DNA of 64,000 bases from Heterodontus francisci (taxonomy: Eukaryota), in contig NC_090404.1 in assembly GCF_036365525.1 (NCBI RefSeq), positions 1,984,001 through 2,048,000 on the forward strand, written 5' to 3'. Of this stretch, positions 61,101 to 64,000 are shown piece after piece (position 1 is the first letter of the stretch; each line of letters opens with the position of its first letter). Below the pieces are notes generated by a model that worked only from the letters and a program-made list of their open reading frames with translations, ran no database searches and was not told the DNA's origin. Both the position numbers and the translations under genes were made by a program.

Positions 61101-64000
61101 TGTGGGACTGTACACAGAGTGAGGAAACTCTACATAAACACAGTACAGTGTGGGACTGTACACAGAGTAAGGGAACTGTGAAGAAACACAGTTACAGTGT
61201 GGGACTGTACACAGAGTGAGGGAACGCTACATAAACACAGTTACAGTGTGGGACTGTACACAGAGTAAGGGAACTGTACATAAACACAGTTACAGTGTGG
61301 GACTGTACACAGAGTGAGGGAACTCTACATAAACACGGTTACAGTGTGGGACTGTACACAGAGTGAGGGAACTCTACAGAAACACAGTGACAGTGTGGGA
61401 CTGTACACAGAGTGAGAGAATTTTACATAAATACAGTGACAGTGTGAGACACTCCACAGAGTAATTGAACTGGACAGAAACACAGTGACAGTGTGGGACT
61501 GTGCACAGAGTGAGAGAATTTTACATAAATACAGTGACAGTGTGAGACACTCCACAGAGTAAGGGAACTGTACAGAAACACAGTGACAGGGTGGGAATGT
61601 ACACAGAGTGAGGGAACTGTACATAAACACAGTTACAGTGTGGGACTGTACACAGAGTAAGGGAACTGTGCAGAATCACAGTTACAGTGTTGGACTGTAC
61701 ACTGTGTGAGGGAACTCTACATAAACACGGTTACATTGTGGGACTGTACACAGAGTAAGGGAATTGTACAGAAACACAGTGACAGTGTGGGACTGTACAC
61801 AGAGTGAGGGAATTTTACATAAATACAGTGACAGTGTGAGACACTCCACAGAGTAAGGGAACTGTACAGAAACACAGTGACAGTGTGGGACTGTGCACAG
61901 AGTGAGAGAATTTTACATAAATACAGTGACGGTGTGAGACACTCCACAGAGTAAGGGAACTGTACAGAAACACAGTGACAGGGTGGGAATGTACACAGTG
62001 TGAGGGAACTGTACAGAAACACAGTGACAGTGTGGGACTGTACACAGAGTAAGGGAACTGTACAGAAACACAGTTACAGTGTTGGACTGTACACTGAGTG
62101 AGGGAACTCTACATAAACACGGTTACAGTGTGGGACTGTACACAGTGTAAGGGAACTGCACAGAAACACAGTTACAGTGTGGGACTGTACACAGAGTGAG
62201 GGAACTCTACATAAACACACTGACAGTGTGGGACTGTACACAGAGTGAGAGAATCTTACATAAATACAGTGACAGTGTGAGACACTTCACAGAGTAAGTA
62301 AACTGTGCAGAAACACAGTGACAGTGTGGGAATGTACACAGAGTGAGGGAACTCTACATAAACACAGTTACAGTGTGGGACTGTACGCAGAGTGAGGGAA
62401 CTGTACATAAACACAGTTACAGTGTGAGACACTCCACAGAGTAAGGGAACTGTACATAAACACAGTGACAGTTTGGGATGGTACACAGAGTGAGGGAACT
62501 GTACAGAAACATAGTGACAGTGTGGGACTGTACACAGAGTGAGGGAACTCTACATAAACACAGTTAGAGTGTGGGACGGTACACAGAGTGAGGGAACTGT
62601 CCGGAAACACAGTGACAGTTTGGGAGGGTACACAGAGTGAGGGAACTGTACAGAAACACAGTGACAGTTTGGGACGGTACACAGAGTGAGGGAACTGTAC
62701 AGAAACACAGTGACAGTGTGGGACTGTACACAGAGTGAGAGAATTTTACATAAATACAGTGACAGTGTGAGACACTGCACAGAGTAAGGGATCTGTACAG
62801 AAACACAGTGACAGTGTGGGACTGTACACAGAGTGAGGGAACTCTACATAAACACAGTTACAGTGTGAGACACTCCACAGAGTAATTGAACTGTACAGAA
62901 ATACAGTGACAGTGTGGGACTGTACACAGAGTGAGGAAACTCTCCATAAACACAGTACAGTGTGGGACTGTACACAGAGTAAGGAAACTGTGAAGAAACA
63001 CAGTTACAGTGTGGGACTGTACACAAAGTGAGGGAACGCTACATAAACACAGTTACAGTGTGGGACTGTACACAGAGTGAGGGAACTGTACATAAACACA
63101 GTTACAGTGTGGGACTGTACACAGAGTAAGGGAACTGTGCAGAATCACAGTTACAGTGTTGGACTGTACACTGTGTGAGGGAACTCTACATAAACACGGT
63201 TACATTGTGGGACTGTACACAGAGTAAGGGAATTGTACAGAAACACAGTGACAGTGTGGGACTGTACACAGAGTGAGGGAATTTTACATAAATACAGTGA
63301 CAGTGTGAGACACTCCACAGAGTAAGGGAACTGTACAGAAACACAGTGACAGTGTGGGACTGTGCACAGAGTGAGAGAATTTTACATAAATACAGTGACG
63401 GTGTGAGACACTCCACAGAGTAAGGGAACTGTACAGAAACACAGTGACAGGGTGGGAATGTACACAGTGTGAGGGAACTGTACAGAAACACAGTGACAGT
63501 GTGGGACTGTACACAGAGTAAGGGAACTGTACAGAAACACAGTTACAGTGTTGGACTGTACACTGAGTGAGGGAACTCTACATAAACACGGTTACAGTGT
63601 GGGACTGTACACAGAGTAAGGGAACTGCACAGAAACACAGTTACAGTGTGGGACTGTACACAGAGTGAGGGAACTCTACATAAACACAGTGACAGTGTGG
63701 GACTGTACACAGAGTGAGAGAATCTTACATAAATACAGTGACAGTGTGAGACACTCCACAGAGTAAGGGAACTGTACAGAAACACAGTGACAGTGTGGGA
63801 ATGTACACAGAGTGAGGGAACTCTACATAAACACAGTTACAGTGTGGGACTGTACGCAGAGTGAGGGAACTCTACATAAACACAGTTACAGTGTGGGACT
63901 GTACACAGAGTAAGGGAACTGTACGGAAACACAGTGAAAGTGTGGGACTGTACACAGACTGAGGGAACTCCAGATAAACACAGTGACAGTGTGGGCCTGT
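58185..64000. repeat. 49-bp tandem satellite (>=118 copies, runs off the window) with higher-order structure
   Basis: Unit acagtgtgggactgtacacagagtgagggaact(g/c)taca(g/t)aaacacagt(g/t). Period 49 (59431 and 59480). Confidence 0.98.

Noticed and set aside
58485-63785. Many Cys-rich minus-strand ORFs
   Set aside because: Translations of the 49-bp satellite.

Overview
Eukaryotic, repeat-rich cartilaginous-fish (shark-type) genomic DNA; the species cannot be fixed from sequence alone. The only host gene I can support is an IgW-type immunoglobulin heavy-chain cluster on the minus strand (about 7.6-31.2 kb). Its parts are: a leader exon; an intact VH exon carrying 12 extra D-like nucleotides and a 23-RSS; six intact C exons in the order C3-C4-C3'-C4'-C5-C6+secretory tail; TM1; and TM2. 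I find no J segment, no free D segment and no C1/C2 exons between V and the first C exon. The rest is CR1/L2 LINE fragments, HE1 and Deu-type SINEs, a partial LTR, five tandem-repeat arrays (77, 41, 42, 57 and 49 bp) and two Tx1-clade LINE families. One Tx1 family inserts repeatedly at the same position of a 69-bp repeat. The other is Keno-like and carries U2 snRNA nt 4-53 as its 5' head. The 49-bp satellite at the right end has a heptamer-12bp-nonamer RSS-like motif in nearly every unit.
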